A stretch of DNA of 64,000 nt from Synechococcus sp. (GTDB lineage: Bacteria > Cyanobacteriota > Cyanobacteriia > PCC-6307 > Cyanobiaceae). Positions within the stretch are counted from its first letter, which is position 1. Each line of letters starts with the position of its first letter. The notes beneath the pieces are model-generated. The model saw only the letters and a program-made list of their open reading frames with translations, was not told the origin of the DNA and did not search any database. The position numbers and the translations under genes were made by a program. The stretch is taken from assembly GCA_047284725.1 (NCBI GenBank), contig JBJBEO010000001.1, positions 2,296,203 through 2,360,202 on the forward strand, read 5' to 3'. Positions 46,982 to 58,648 of the stretch are shown piece by piece.

Positions 46982-47019
46982 GAAGACGTTCGAAATGAAG
47001 AGCCCTAGGGCCTGAAGGA

Positions 47020-48562
<1,543 letters not shown>

Positions 48563-48568
48563 GATGGA

Positions 48569-48577
48569 AACCTAGCA
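48569..48577 (-). promoter_or_regulatory. Extended -10 promoter for the riboswitch-thiC transcript
   Basis: Minus strand TG-C-TAGGTT about 6 nt upstream of the riboswitch. Confidence 0.6.
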
Positions 48578-48589
48578 AGCGCTGCAGGG

Positions 48590-49213
48590 TCAGCACTGCA
48601 GCCCGTTCAGCGCCGCAGCCACCACGCGGTGATCACTGTCCTGTTGCAGCCCCTGCAGCAACTCCCGTGCAGTGGAAGCCTGGGGGACGCGATCATGCAC
48701 GAGCCGGCCGAGGATCTCAGCACCACCAACCCTGACGGTGCCATCGCCATCCACGATCGCAAGCTCGGCCAGATCCAAGAGCCAGGCAGGATCGATCTCA
48801 GGCTGCTCAGCGAACGCCGAGAGGATGCTGCAACGGAGTAGCCAAGCGTCATCCGCCACAAACCGCTGCCGCAACAGCGGCCATGAGCGTTCAACGCCAT
48901 AGCTCGCCAGGGCGTTGGCTGCCTCAGCCCTGACGTTGGCATCCTCATCGGCAGCCACCAAACGTTCCAGCACATCCCAGCCCTGCTGAGTGCGGCGCAT
49001 GCCCAGGCCGCTGCAGCTCAACGAACGCACCACAAAGGCGGACTGCTCCGTACCGAGAATCAGCAAGGGCACCACCACAGCAGCGTTGGCGCTCTCCGGA
49101 AACTCACGCAAGCGGGCCAACGAAGGCAGAGCCCGCATCGGATCCCCCGAACCAATCGCCTCCCTCAAAGCCTCTGGATCAGGCAGGGGCTGGGGTGTTG
49201 AACTGGAGGTCAT
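48590..49213 (-). CDS. HEAT-repeat protein (PBS lyase-like)
   Basis: Repeated units DANVRAEAANAL, DGTVRVGGAEIL and DHRVVAAA. Confidence 0.8.
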   Translation of the reverse strand: MTSSSTPQPLPDPEALREAIGSGDPMRALPSLARLREFPESANAAVVVPLLILGTEQSAFVVRSLSCSGLGMRRTQQGWDVLERLVAADEDANVRAEAANALASYGVERSWPLLRQRFVADDAWLLRCSILSAFAEQPEIDPAWLLDLAELAIVDGDGTVRVGGAEILGRLVHDRVPQASTARELLQGLQQDSDHRVVAAALNGLQC

Positions 49214-49458
49214 TGCGCGGTATCAGACTCGGGGCGGTCGGTGCGACTGTTGCGCAGGGCCATCAACAGCCGGTGTCGGCGACGTCGACGGCCCACCACG
49301 GCACTGATCACCAGACCGATGCCCACCAGGATGGCAGGCAGAGCCTGGAGTTGGTCGTTGCCTTGTCTCTGAATCATGGCCACCAACCCCAGCACCACCA
49401 AGAGAGGCGCTGCCAGCGACAACCACACATGACCCGAGCGTGGTTGGTGCGGTCTCAT
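49210..49458 (-). CDS. Small two-TM membrane protein
   Basis: Two hydrophobic helices and an Arg-rich tail; 4-bp overlaps on both sides. Confidence 0.75.
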   Translation of the reverse strand: MRPHQPRSGHVWLSLAAPLLVVLGLVAMIQRQGNDQLQALPAILVGIGLVISAVVGRRRRRHRLLMALRNSRTDRPESDTAQ

Positions 49459-50648
49459 GGCTGGAGTTCAGCGCTCCAGGCCAACAGTGCTGCAGTGAGC
49501 ACCCGAATACCGACCTCCAGACTGCCCTCCTCCGGTCGAAAGCGACCGTTGTGCAGGGGCGCACAGCCCTCCGGACCCGCGACCCCGAGGCGGAACATGC
49601 TGCCAGGGAGATCTTGCACCAACTCAGCGAAGTCTTCCGCTCCCAGTGACGGCTGATCCAGTCGCAGCACCTGCGCCCGTCCGAGCTGCTCGACAGCACA
49701 GCGCTCGAGCAGCTCGGTGAGGTGGACGTCGTTTTGGACCGGTGGGGCAATACAGCGGTAACTGACTCTGGCCGTCGCCCCGAAACTGGCGCAAATCGCC
49801 TGCACGGTCTCCTCAATCCAAGCGGGAAGACGGCTGTGGAGATCGGCATCCAAACAGCGCAACGTGCCCAGCAAGCGCACCCGATCGGCAATGACATTGA
49901 ACGCCTTACCTCCCTCGACCCTGCCAAAACTGAGCACCACTGGGTGAAGCGCATCCAACCGCCGGCTGATCGCCTCCTGCAGGCCGGTGACCACGCGCGC
50001 CGCAATCCAGATGGCATCCACGGACTGGTGCGGTCTGGCACCGTGGCCCCCTTCCCCAATCACACTGATTTCCAGTTCACCAGCGGCAGCAGTGAGGCTG
50101 CCGCTGCGCACGCCGATCGAGCCGACTGGAATGCTGGGGAACGCATGCACCCCATAGAGGGCGGACAACCCCTCAAGCGCACCGTCATCACGCATCCAGC
50201 GTGCCCCCTGGGCCAACTCCTCCGCCGGTTGGAACAGCAACCGCACGCCGCAGGGAAGCGCTTGCCGCGCCTGATGCACCGCCAGCATCCGAGCCACCCC
50301 AAGGCCGATGCAGGTGTGCAGGTCATGCCCACAGGCATGCATCACCCCCAATCGACGGGAGGCATAGGGCAGGTCGGTGCGCTCCTCCACAGGCAGAGCA
50401 TCCATGTCAACGCGCAAACCAATGCGAGGGCCTTCGCGCTGACCGAGCTCCGCCACAACGCCGGTTCGCCCAACACCCTCGCGCACGCTCCACCCGTGAG
50501 CCCGCAGATCTCCTGCCACAAGCGCGGCAGTCTGGTGTTCTTCGCCGCTCAGTTCGGGGTGAGCATGCAGATGACGACGCAACTCAAGCAACTCGGGCAG
50601 CTGCTGGGTGAGAGCTTGGTGCCAAAGGGTGCTGAGGACGTCGTTCAT
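49455..50648 (-). CDS. M20-family amidohydrolase
   Basis: RRHLHAHPELS, RVDMDALP, MHACGHD, FQPAEE, GGHGARPH and AEDF. Confidence 0.93.
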   Translation of the reverse strand: MNDVLSTLWHQALTQQLPELLELRRHLHAHPELSGEEHQTAALVAGDLRAHGWSVREGVGRTGVVAELGQREGPRIGLRVDMDALPVEERTDLPYASRRLGVMHACGHDLHTCIGLGVARMLAVHQARQALPCGVRLLFQPAEELAQGARWMRDDGALEGLSALYGVHAFPSIPVGSIGVRSGSLTAAAGELEISVIGEGGHGARPHQSVDAIWIAARVVTGLQEAISRRLDALHPVVLSFGRVEGGKAFNVIADRVRLLGTLRCLDADLHSRLPAWIEETVQAICASFGATARVSYRCIAPPVQNDVHLTELLERCAVEQLGRAQVLRLDQPSLGAEDFAELVQDLPGSMFRLGVAGPEGCAPLHNGRFRPEEGSLEVGIRVLTAALLAWSAELQP

Positions 50649-51460
50649 GGCGTCTCCAACTTCAGAAAAGCCATCAGATCAGCGGTGGGGCCAGGGGGCC
50701 AGCGACGCACTTCCAGCAACCAGTCGGCTTGACCATACCGAGGGTCGAGACCCGATGCAGCAGCCCAGTGACTTTCCGCCTCACCCCGCTGCCCTTGGCG
50801 CCACAGCAAGGCACTGAGGCTGGCACGGGCATCGGCAAACATCGGATAGCGGCGAATGATGTTGCGCAACTGCCGCTCCGCCAGCGCCAAGTGATTGAGC
50901 TGATAGTGAGCCAGAGCTTCACTGGAGCGTGCCATGGCAAAACCCGGCCGCGCCATGGAGGCCTGACCGTAGAGGTCAGCGGCGTCAGTCCAGGCATCCT
51001 GCGACCCCCGCACGTTTCCGAGGTTGTAGAGGGCTGAGGCCTCCTGGGGATCTTGCTCCAGGATCCAGCGGTAATCGGCAGCGGCTGCATCCCACTGCTT
51101 CAACGCTTCTTCAGCAGTTCCCCGGTTGAGATGGGGATCAATCTCGTCGGGTGAGAGCTCTATCGCCCTGGTCTGATCGGCAATGGCCCCATCGGCATCC
51201 CCCAGGACCAGCCGGACGTTGCCGCGATTGCTCAGCGCTGCCGCATCACTGGGGTGCTGAGCCAGGAAACGATCCCAGAGTGGCAGGGCTTGCTCCGCCT
51301 CACCGTTGCGACTTGCCCTCAACGCCTGCTCAAACAGTGCTTGATCCATGCCGGCCGTGGCAAGAGGTCCCAGGGGACATGCTTGAGCAGGCAGCGGAGC
51401 TGCCAAGGCCAGACCCCAAGCCATCACCAACGCCAACCCAACGCTAACCAAGCACTTCAT
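50645..51460 (-). CDS. Exported TPR-repeat protein
   Basis: Signal-peptide-like N-terminus and TPR units (ALSNRGN, HLNRG, ALYNLGN). Confidence 0.88.
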   Translation of the reverse strand: MKCLVSVGLALVMAWGLALAAPLPAQACPLGPLATAGMDQALFEQALRASRNGEAEQALPLWDRFLAQHPSDAAALSNRGNVRLVLGDADGAIADQTRAIELSPDEIDPHLNRGTAEEALKQWDAAAADYRWILEQDPQEASALYNLGNVRGSQDAWTDAADLYGQASMARPGFAMARSSEALAHYQLNHLALAERQLRNIIRRYPMFADARASLSALLWRQGQRGEAESHWAAASGLDPRYGQADWLLEVRRWPPGPTADLMAFLKLETP

Positions 51461-52578
51461 GCTGCGGACCCCTGGGAGATGGACTCCCCCTCCTCTGGCC
51501 AACCGAGATGACGCCGGCCCGCCACCGTCACCACCCGCCCGCGGGGGGTGCGCTGCAGAAAGCCCAGCTGAAGCAGGTAAGGCTCCACCACCGTTTCCAA
51601 CGTGGTGGAATCTTCGCCGAGGGCAGCCGCCAGAGTGTCGAGCCCCACGGGACCACCACCGTGCGACTGCAGCAACAGCTCGAGCAAGCGACGGTCACTG
51701 GCATCCAACCCCCGCCCATCAACGCGATGGAGGCTGAGGGCCTCGTCCACCAAAACAGCATCAATCGGCGGAATGGCGTCGCGAGAGGACACCGTGTCGC
51801 TTGGTGCCGCAGCGCGGACACTGGCGACATCGCGGACACGCCGCAACAGTCGATTGGCAATTCGGGGAGTCCCACGGCAGCGGCGGGCGATCTCCGTGCA
51901 GCCCTGAGGCGAGAGCTGGAGACCAAGCAGGCCGGCTGCCCGCTCCACAATCGCTTCGAGATCTTCCTGGCCGTAAAACTCCAAACGCTGGATCAGTCCG
52001 AAGCGATCCCGGAGGGGTGAACTGAGCGATCCAGCACGGGTCGTCGCTCCGACCAATGTGAAAGGTGGTAGATCGAGGGTGCGGGTGCGTGCCGTACTGC
52101 CCTTGCCCACGGTGAGATCCAAACGGCGATCTTCCATCGCCGGATAGAGCAACTCCTCTGCCACCCGTGTGAGCCGATGGATCTCATCGATGAACAGCAG
52201 CTCCCTGGGCTGGAGATTCACCAACAGGCCGACGATGTCGCGAGGGCGCTCCAGCGCCGGAGCACTGGTGATGCGGCAACTCACCCCCAGCTCCTCGGCG
52301 AGCACCAGGGCCATGGTGGTCTTACCGAGCCCGGGGGGGCCGTAGAGCAGCACATGGTCGAGAGCATCACCGCGAGCCGAAGCCGCCTGCACGGCGATGC
52401 CGAGCACCTGTTTCAACTCACGCTGGCCGATGTAATCCTTCAGGCGTTTCGGCCGTAGCCCGTCGTCCCGAGCAGGGGAGCTTTCCTGGGGTGTTGCCTC
52501 AGGCGAGAGCAACGGCGATGGCGCTTCGCCGGGCCGCCGCACGCGCTTGGGTCTTGCTGCGGAAGACTCGATTGCCAT
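51457..52578 (-). CDS. ruvB: Holliday junction branch-migration helicase
   Basis: [42 protein letters not shown] and RTPRGR. Confidence 0.98.
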   Translation of the reverse strand: MAIESSAARPKRVRRPGEAPSPLLSPEATPQESSPARDDGLRPKRLKDYIGQRELKQVLGIAVQAASARGDALDHVLLYGPPGLGKTTMALVLAEELGVSCRITSAPALERPRDIVGLLVNLQPRELLFIDEIHRLTRVAEELLYPAMEDRRLDLTVGKGSTARTRTLDLPPFTLVGATTRAGSLSSPLRDRFGLIQRLEFYGQEDLEAIVERAAGLLGLQLSPQGCTEIARRCRGTPRIANRLLRRVRDVASVRAAAPSDTVSSRDAIPPIDAVLVDEALSLHRVDGRGLDASDRRLLELLLQSHGGGPVGLDTLAAALGEDSTTLETVVEPYLLQLGFLQRTPRGRVVTVAGRRHLGWPEEGESISQGSAA

Positions 52579-52662
52579 GGGATGAGCGTACCGAGGGCGC
52601 AACGAGGATGGGAACCTGATCCCCACTAGGCTCGTGAGCAACAGCGGCAGCAGTGCAGCGTC

Positions 52663-53163
52663 ATGGCGAAAGGTCCGGGCCGCAGGGGAAACAGCGGAAA
52701 GGACGCCAAGGACAAGCCGCGGATCCTGGCGGACAATCGCTTTGCTCGCCACCAATACGAAATCCTCGAAACCCTGGAAACCGGGATCGAGCTGCTGGGC
52801 ACCGAGGTGAAGTCGGTGCGAGCGGGACAGACCAACCTGCGGGACGGGTTCTGCCTGATCCGCAATGGCCAGATGCAACTGCACAACGTGCACATCTCAC
52901 CCCATCGCCACGCTGGCAGCTACTTCAACCACGACCCGCTGCGGGTGCGACGGCTGCTCGCCCACCGCAAGGAGATCGACAAACTGCGCATCCACCTCGA
53001 CCAGAAGGGCCTGACTCTGATCCCCCTCAATCTTCACCTCAAGGGGTCATGGATCAAGCTCACCATCGGCCTCGGCAAAGGCCGAAAGCTGCATGACAAA
53101 CGGGCGGCCGAGAAGGAGAAGCAAACCAAGAAAGAAACCAGGTCGGCACTGGAGCGTTACTAA
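52663..53163 (+). CDS. smpB: SsrA-binding protein
   Basis: [29 protein letters not shown] and GRKLHDKR. Confidence 0.97.
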   Translation: MAKGPGRRGNSGKDAKDKPRILADNRFARHQYEILETLETGIELLGTEVKSVRAGQTNLRDGFCLIRNGQMQLHNVHISPHRHAGSYFNHDPLRVRRLLAHRKEIDKLRIHLDQKGLTLIPLNLHLKGSWIKLTIGLGKGRKLHDKRAAEKEKQTKKETRSALERY

Positions 53164-53240
53164 ATCAACACGAGTCCTCGCCTCCACCCTGCGTCGTTGC
53201 TTGGGGCTGAGAAAGCAGTCTGACCAACACACCCCATGGA

Positions 53241-55322
53241 TCATGGAGGCGGCGGCTCGGGTGGAGGCGGTGAGAGCGGCGAACGGTCTGGCACCCCAAC
53301 GGGGCGAGGACCCGGTGGATCAGACAAGTCATCATCAGCACCCGAAAAGCCTGTTGCCGGATCTGGAATGGGGTTGGGATCCACCGCCGGCAAAGGCATG
53401 GCAGGAGGTCGATCAGCCCGACAGGAGAGGGTCAGCACCCCTGAGGAAACCCCTTCATTGGTGACCAGCACCTGCACCGGCGAGCCCGCGTCAGCGGAGA
53501 GCGTCACCACCCGCAGGGGTCCTCGTTCCGCCACCACGGTGCCGTCACCGCCAAACACCGTCATCTGCATCAACGGAGTGCCATTGATACCGAGCACCAG
53601 ACGGCGGCCCTTCGGCACGTCAATAGAAATCAAACGCGCACCACCCGCCTTCACCCGACTGGACAACACGGTGGGCTCCATGGGCCGGGCCGTCACTGAC
53701 TCAATCCGCACGTCATCAAGACTGCGCATGGCTGCTGCATACCAGAGCTGTCGATAGGGCTCCGGTGGCTTGGCACCCGCTGCGACTCCAGGCAACAGGT
53801 TCTGGGCCGACGCGGTGACGAGTTGCTCGACCACCCTGCCGTCCACCCCCTGACGGGTGAGCACATCCCGCTGCTTGCTCCAATCAGCAGCAGTAAGGCG
53901 ACCGAGTCGGCCTCGTAATGCCGGAGGCAACTGTTCCACCCGGACAAGCCATTCCTCCGCGAGCTCATTCCAGGCCTGGCGTAGCGGCGCATCAACCAAG
54001 GAATCGCTCGGCAATCGACCGTTGCGTTCCGGATACTGCGCCAGCAGGCTGTCGTCCACCAAGCTGAGGAACCAGCTGCGGTCGATCTGAAGAGCCCTCA
54101 AACGACTCAGCAGTTGCTTCCGCTGATCCACTTCCTCCGCCGGGAGACTGGACTGGGGGACCCTGCCAATCACATCACGATCAGTGGATGGCGCCCCTCC
54201 CGGCTGACTGCCGCGAGTGATCAGGAACCATCCGATTGCCGTGCCGACGACAGCCGACACCAGCAGCGCTCCCACCATCGGCCACAAGCGACCTTCGGCC
54301 GCCTGCTGCCGCTGCTGCCCGCGCGGGAGGGCGCGACGCTCGCTTGAGGCCGCCCCCATCACGCCTCCAGATCCATCCTCTGCGGCAGCACCAGCCCGCT
54401 CCATCTGGGGCAGATCCGGTGAAGCCTGAGCCGGCTGAGACGGATCCACGGCCTCCAAGTCCTGAACGGCTGGAGCCACCACTAGGGTGCGTTCCGCACG
54501 AGCGATCGGCCCCGTGCTCTCAGGCATCACCACCGACTGGAGGGCTTTCAAGGCCTCAACCGCGACATCAAACCGCTCGCCGGACTGCTCACTGAGCAAA
54601 CGAACCAAAGCCTGCCGAAACGGGGGCTCGAGCTCCAGGCTCTCGGGCACGACCCAGGAGGCAGCCTGGCCATCCAGCAACGCTTCAGGCCGGCGACCCG
54701 TCAGCAGCACCAGGGCTGTCACCCCGAGCCCATGCAGATCCATCCATGCCGCTGCCGGCTCGCCGCGGCCCTGGGCCTGCGGCGCAAATCCAGCTGTCGC
54801 CCCCTTGATCGGCTGCTCACCCTGGCGCTGTAGCAGGCCGAAATCAATCAACACAGGAAGACCGTCCTGATCCCTGCGGAGCAGGTTGCCGGGGTTGAGA
54901 TCACCATGCACCAACCCCTTGGCATGAAGGACCGCCAGGGCGGGCAGAAGCTGCCGCAACAACAGCAGCACTTCACCACTGCCAAACACCAACTGGCGCT
55001 CCATCCGTTGCTGCTGGATCTGATCCAAAGGAGTGCCCTGCTGCCATTCCCGCACCAACCAGAGCGTCTCCCCCTGGTCAAGCAGCCCTCCGAAACGGGG
55101 AATCTGGGGGTGGAGCACCGCCTGCATCGCCGGCCACAAGGAGCGAAAACGAGCCTGAGCGGTGGGGCTTGCCAGCTGCCGCAACGCAACGGGAGCCTCG
55201 GATGCCAGCAGGTCCGAACCACGCCAAAGCAAACCCTGGGGCGATGCTGCATCCGCCGTCTGAGACGGATCCAACGACTGATCGATGCGGTAGCGCTCCG
55301 CGAGCACAGACCCGATCACCAT
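53241..55322 (-). CDS. Membrane-anchored Ser/Thr kinase-like protein with degenerate motifs
   Basis: HPQIPRF, HGDLNPGNLL and IDFG; central TM helix; Pro-rich tail. Confidence 0.85.
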   Translation of the reverse strand: MVIGSVLAERYRIDQSLDPSQTADAASPQGLLWRGSDLLASEAPVALRQLASPTAQARFRSLWPAMQAVLHPQIPRFGGLLDQGETLWLVREWQQGTPLDQIQQQRMERQLVFGSGEVLLLLRQLLPALAVLHAKGLVHGDLNPGNLLRRDQDGLPVLIDFGLLQRQGEQPIKGATAGFAPQAQGRGEPAAAWMDLHGLGVTALVLLTGRRPEALLDGQAASWVVPESLELEPPFRQALVRLLSEQSGERFDVAVEALKALQSVVMPESTGPIARAERTLVVAPAVQDLEAVDPSQPAQASPDLPQMERAGAAAEDGSGGVMGAASSERRALPRGQQRQQAAEGRLWPMVGALLVSAVVGTAIGWFLITRGSQPGGAPSTDRDVIGRVPQSSLPAEEVDQRKQLLSRLRALQIDRSWFLSLVDDSLLAQYPERNGRLPSDSLVDAPLRQAWNELAEEWLVRVEQLPPALRGRLGRLTAADWSKQRDVLTRQGVDGRVVEQLVTASAQNLLPGVAAGAKPPEPYRQLWYAAAMRSLDDVRIESVTARPMEPTVLSSRVKAGGARLISIDVPKGRRLVLGINGTPLMQMTVFGGDGTVVAERGPLRVVTLSADAGSPVQVLVTNEGVSSGVLTLSCRADRPPAMPLPAVDPNPIPDPATGFSGADDDLSDPPGPRPVGVPDRSPLSPPPPEPPPP

Positions 55323-55456
55323 CGCCTCCCCAGCTGTGGGCTGATGCTAAGGGCGCCATCAGGCCCAGGCCTCCTGCCCTGCCATCAGGGTGTGACAGAC
55401 GGTGTCTGCAATGGCCTCAGGACCTCCCTAGCCTGAATCTGAGCACTCCTGGAGCC

Positions 55457-56647
55457 ATGCCTCCCAGCACCCTGCTGCAACGGCTGCGGACAGTGCGAGA
55501 AACCAGCGAATCCCTGATCGAACCGCTGGAGCCAGAAGACCTCTGCCTGCAGGGCATGGCGGATGCCAGCCCACCGAAGTGGCACCTGGCGCACACCACC
55601 TGGTTTTTCGAAACCTTTGTGCTGAAGCCGTTCCAACCTGACCACCGCAGCGCCGATCCACGCTGGGGCTATCTGTTCAATTCCTATTACGAGACCGTTG
55701 GCCCACGGCAACCCCGGCCCGAACGGGGACTGCTCAGCCGTCCGCCGATGGCGGAAGTTTCTGACTGGCGTCATCGGGTGACGGAGTCGCTGGCCACCCT
55801 TCTTCAACAGGAGGACAATCCGCGCTGGAGTCCGTTGATCGAGCTGGGCCTGCACCACGAACAGCAGCATCAGGAACTGCTGTTGATGGATCTGCTCGAT
55901 GGCTTCAGCCGCCAACCGCTGGAACCGAGCTACTGCGATAACTGGCCCGTGGCGGCACCAACCGCACCGCGACCACAACAGTGGCTCCAGCACACCGGCG
56001 GCTTGGTGGAGATCGGTGCCGTCAGCGACGGCGGCTTTCACTTCGACAACGAAGGCCCCCGCCATCGCGTCTGGCTGGAACCCTTCGCCATCGCCAGTCA
56101 GCTGGTGCGCAACAGCGACTATCAGCGCTTCATCGACGATGGGGGCTATCGCCGTCCCGACCTGTGGATGAGCGAGGGCTGGGCCATGAGCCAGCAGCAG
56201 GGCTGGCAGGCCCCCCGCTACTGGCGCCGAGAGGCCGCCGATGCCCCCTGGGCATGGGAATTCAGCCTGGCAGGACGCCAACCCCTGGATTCGCACCAGC
56301 CGGTGCGCCACATCAGCTGGTTTGAAGCCGATGCCTATGCACGCTGGGCTGGGCATCGGCTTCCCAGCGAAGCGGAATGGGAAGTGGCTGCGCAGCACCA
56401 CGGCTCCGCTCTCGAAGAGGCCCACAGCGTTCTGTGGCAATGGACCGCCAGCCCCTATCGTCCCTATCCAGGATTTCAGTGTGCGACCGGTGCCGTGGGG
56501 GAATACAACGGCAAATTCATGACCTCGCAATTTGTGCTGCGCGGCAGCAGTCACCTGACGCCGGCAGGCCATAGCCGGCCCACTTATCGCAATTTCTTCG
56601 CCCCCGCCTGCCGCTGGATGGCGGCCGGAATCCGTCTGGCCCGATGA
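55457..56647 (+). CDS. egtB: Ergothioneine sulfoxide synthase
   Basis: SPPKWHLAHTTWFFE, FNSYY, HEQQHQE, an FGE-like domain and GEYNGKFM; GGAG precedes the ATG. Confidence 0.92.
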   Translation: MPPSTLLQRLRTVRETSESLIEPLEPEDLCLQGMADASPPKWHLAHTTWFFETFVLKPFQPDHRSADPRWGYLFNSYYETVGPRQPRPERGLLSRPPMAEVSDWRHRVTESLATLLQQEDNPRWSPLIELGLHHEQQHQELLLMDLLDGFSRQPLEPSYCDNWPVAAPTAPRPQQWLQHTGGLVEIGAVSDGGFHFDNEGPRHRVWLEPFAIASQLVRNSDYQRFIDDGGYRRPDLWMSEGWAMSQQQGWQAPRYWRREAADAPWAWEFSLAGRQPLDSHQPVRHISWFEADAYARWAGHRLPSEAEWEVAAQHHGSALEEAHSVLWQWTASPYRPYPGFQCATGAVGEYNGKFMTSQFVLRGSSHLTPAGHSRPTYRNFFAPACRWMAAGIRLAR

Positions 56648-57621
56648 CCCGCACGCCCTCAACGCCGACTGCTGCCGACCTGATCGATCTGCATCCCCCC
56701 GCCGCTGACATGCGACGTCTGGTGCGAGAAGGCCTCACCCGCCAGCCGAAACAGCTGCCGGCCTGGTTTCTTTACGACACCGATGGATCACGGTTGTTCG
56801 ATCAGATCTGCGAGCAACCGGAATACACCCTCACCCGAACAGAGATCGCCCTTCTGAACAGCCAGGCGACATCCATCGCCGCGGCCTTAGGCGCGGGAGT
56901 GATCGTTGAGTTCGGCGCCGGCAGCGCCCGCAAGGTCGGACCGTTGCTCTCCGCGCTACAGCCAGCCGCCTACGTGCCCCTGGACATCAGTACCGAACAC
57001 CTCCGCCAGGCGATCCAGACCCTGCAGCAGGATTATCCCCAGATACCAATGCTGGGAGTCTGCTGCGACCACAGCCAACTGGAGCGGTTGCCGGCCCATC
57101 CCCTTCTGAACGGCCAACGCAAGCTGGGCTTCTTCCCCGGCAGTTCTCTCGGAAATTTCAGTCGCACCGAGGCGGTGGGACTGCTATGCCGCTTCCGGCA
57201 CCTTTTGGACGGCGGGCCACTCTTGCTGGGACTCGACCATCCCAAGCCTGGCGCCACAATGGAGGCGGCCTACGACGATGCTGCCGGCGTTTCAGCGGCC
57301 TTTGCCCGTAATCTCTTGCACCGGCTGAATCGCGATCTTTCAGCGACTTTCAATCCAGACTCATTCCGTTATCAAGCCCAGTGGCAAGCCGATCACAGCC
57401 AGGTGGAAATGGCCCTGGTCAGTCATGGCCACCAGACCGTGACCATTGATCAACAACGTTGGGACTTCGAGGAGGGCGAGCCGTTGGTGACGGAGTACAG
57501 CATCAAATACAGCCCTGCCATGGCACAGGAGCTGGTGGCCGCCGCGGGTTGGCGATGGGTCCAACGCTGGCATGACCCGGACGACAGCCTCTCTCTACAC
57601 CTGCTGGAACCGGCAGACTGA
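56644..57621 (+). CDS. egtD: Histidine N-alpha-trimethylase
   Basis: YDTDGSRLF, PEYTLTRTE, EFGAGS, GSSLGNF, AYDDAAGV and TEYSIKY. Confidence 0.93.
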   Translation: MTRTPSTPTAADLIDLHPPAADMRRLVREGLTRQPKQLPAWFLYDTDGSRLFDQICEQPEYTLTRTEIALLNSQATSIAAALGAGVIVEFGAGSARKVGPLLSALQPAAYVPLDISTEHLRQAIQTLQQDYPQIPMLGVCCDHSQLERLPAHPLLNGQRKLGFFPGSSLGNFSRTEAVGLLCRFRHLLDGGPLLLGLDHPKPGATMEAAYDDAAGVSAAFARNLLHRLNRDLSATFNPDSFRYQAQWQADHSQVEMALVSHGHQTVTIDQQRWDFEEGEPLVTEYSIKYSPAMAQELVAAAGWRWVQRWHDPDDSLSLHLLEPAD

Positions 57622-57640
57622 CGGAAACGGGAACACCAGC

Positions 57641-57868
57641 ATGGGGCTCGAAGCACGGCGTCAAACGATCAAGGAACAACGGGAGCTGCTGATCGAAGAA
57701 CTCGAGACGGTGTACATGGCAGCGTTTGAACGCATCGGCCAGCTGGAGATGGGAGAAGGAGCTGTCGCCCGGCTCACCCAGCTGATGCTGCGGTCGCGGG
57801 AAGCAGCGATCACACCCTTGCAGGAGGAAATCGAAAAACCGGTCATCACCAGCCCAGGCCAGCCATGA
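57641..57868 (+). CDS. Small helical protein in the egtBD operon (hercynine-metabolism small protein type)
   Basis: 75 aa; starts 19 bp after egtD and overlaps the next ORF by 4 bp. Confidence 0.75.
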   Translation: MGLEARRQTIKEQRELLIEELETVYMAAFERIGQLEMGEGAVARLTQLMLRSREAAITPLQEEIEKPVITSPGQP

Positions 57869-58344
57869 GCTGGCTCGACGAGCTCGAGCGCAGCCTCGAA
57901 CAACGCCTGGATGCCTTTCTCAAGGCCAATCCCCATCAGGACATCCTCCTCAGGGACCAGCACCTGCAGGATCGGCAGCGCAGCCTGGAGCAGCAGCGGC
58001 TCCAACTGCAGCACCAAGCCCACGATCTCCGCCGGCAACTGCTCAACCTCGCCGAAGAGGTGCGGAACTGGACCGCCCGCAGCGATCGAGCTCGCACAGC
58101 TGGAGCCCAGGAACTGGCGAAGCGGGCCGATCAGCACATTCAGGCACTGATGAACCAAGGGCGAGACCTCTGGACCGAGCTCAATGCTCTCGGCGCGACT
58201 TTTCAGACTGTGGAAGAGCAGCTCGACCAACTCATGACTTCAAATACGAGGCCCAGTCCCAGTCGAAACCTCGAGCAGGACTGGGCTTTGTTTGAAGCAC
58301 AACAAGAGCTTGACGAACTGAGACGACAACACGGCCTCAGCTGA
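57865..58344 (+). CDS. Coiled-coil protein in the egtBD operon, PspA-like pattern
   Basis: Heptad-rich; contains WTARSDRARTAGAQELAKRA. Confidence 0.8.
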   Translation: MSWLDELERSLEQRLDAFLKANPHQDILLRDQHLQDRQRSLEQQRLQLQHQAHDLRRQLLNLAEEVRNWTARSDRARTAGAQELAKRADQHIQALMNQGRDLWTELNALGATFQTVEEQLDQLMTSNTRPSPSRNLEQDWALFEAQQELDELRRQHGLS

Positions 58345-58356
58345 TCCAGGCCAGTG

Positions 58357-58620
58357 TCAAGCCTTGGGAGCTGGGGGCTCGAGACTGACGTTTTCGGGCG
58401 GAGGGGTTGGATCGGGGTCAGCGATCAGCATGTGCTGCAGCACAATTTCGGGACGCTCACTATCCCTCCAGCGGATGCGATAGGCAGGCATTTTGGTGCC
58501 ACGGCTGGTGGTCTGCTCGACCGGCTCCATCACCCAACCCCGGCGCGAACGCCCCTGGGGATTGCGCTTGACCACCGCATCGGCGTGCTTGAAGCGGAAA
58601 CCTACGCGCTCACCACTCAT
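58357..58620 (-). CDS. Small hypothetical protein
   Basis: 87-aa basic, beta-rich ORF starting 28 bp after the lysS stop. Confidence 0.7.
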   Translation of the reverse strand: MSGERVGFRFKHADAVVKRNPQGRSRRGWVMEPVEQTTSRGTKMPAYRIRWRDSERPEIVLQHMLIADPDPTPPPENVSLEPPAPKA

Positions 58621-58648
58621 GGGAAGGGAACTAGTCCAGGAGACCTAA

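Noticed and set aside
53236..53757. Gly/Ser-rich 173-aa plus-strand ORF
   Set aside because: It is the antisense reading of the Pro-rich tail of the kinase-like gene
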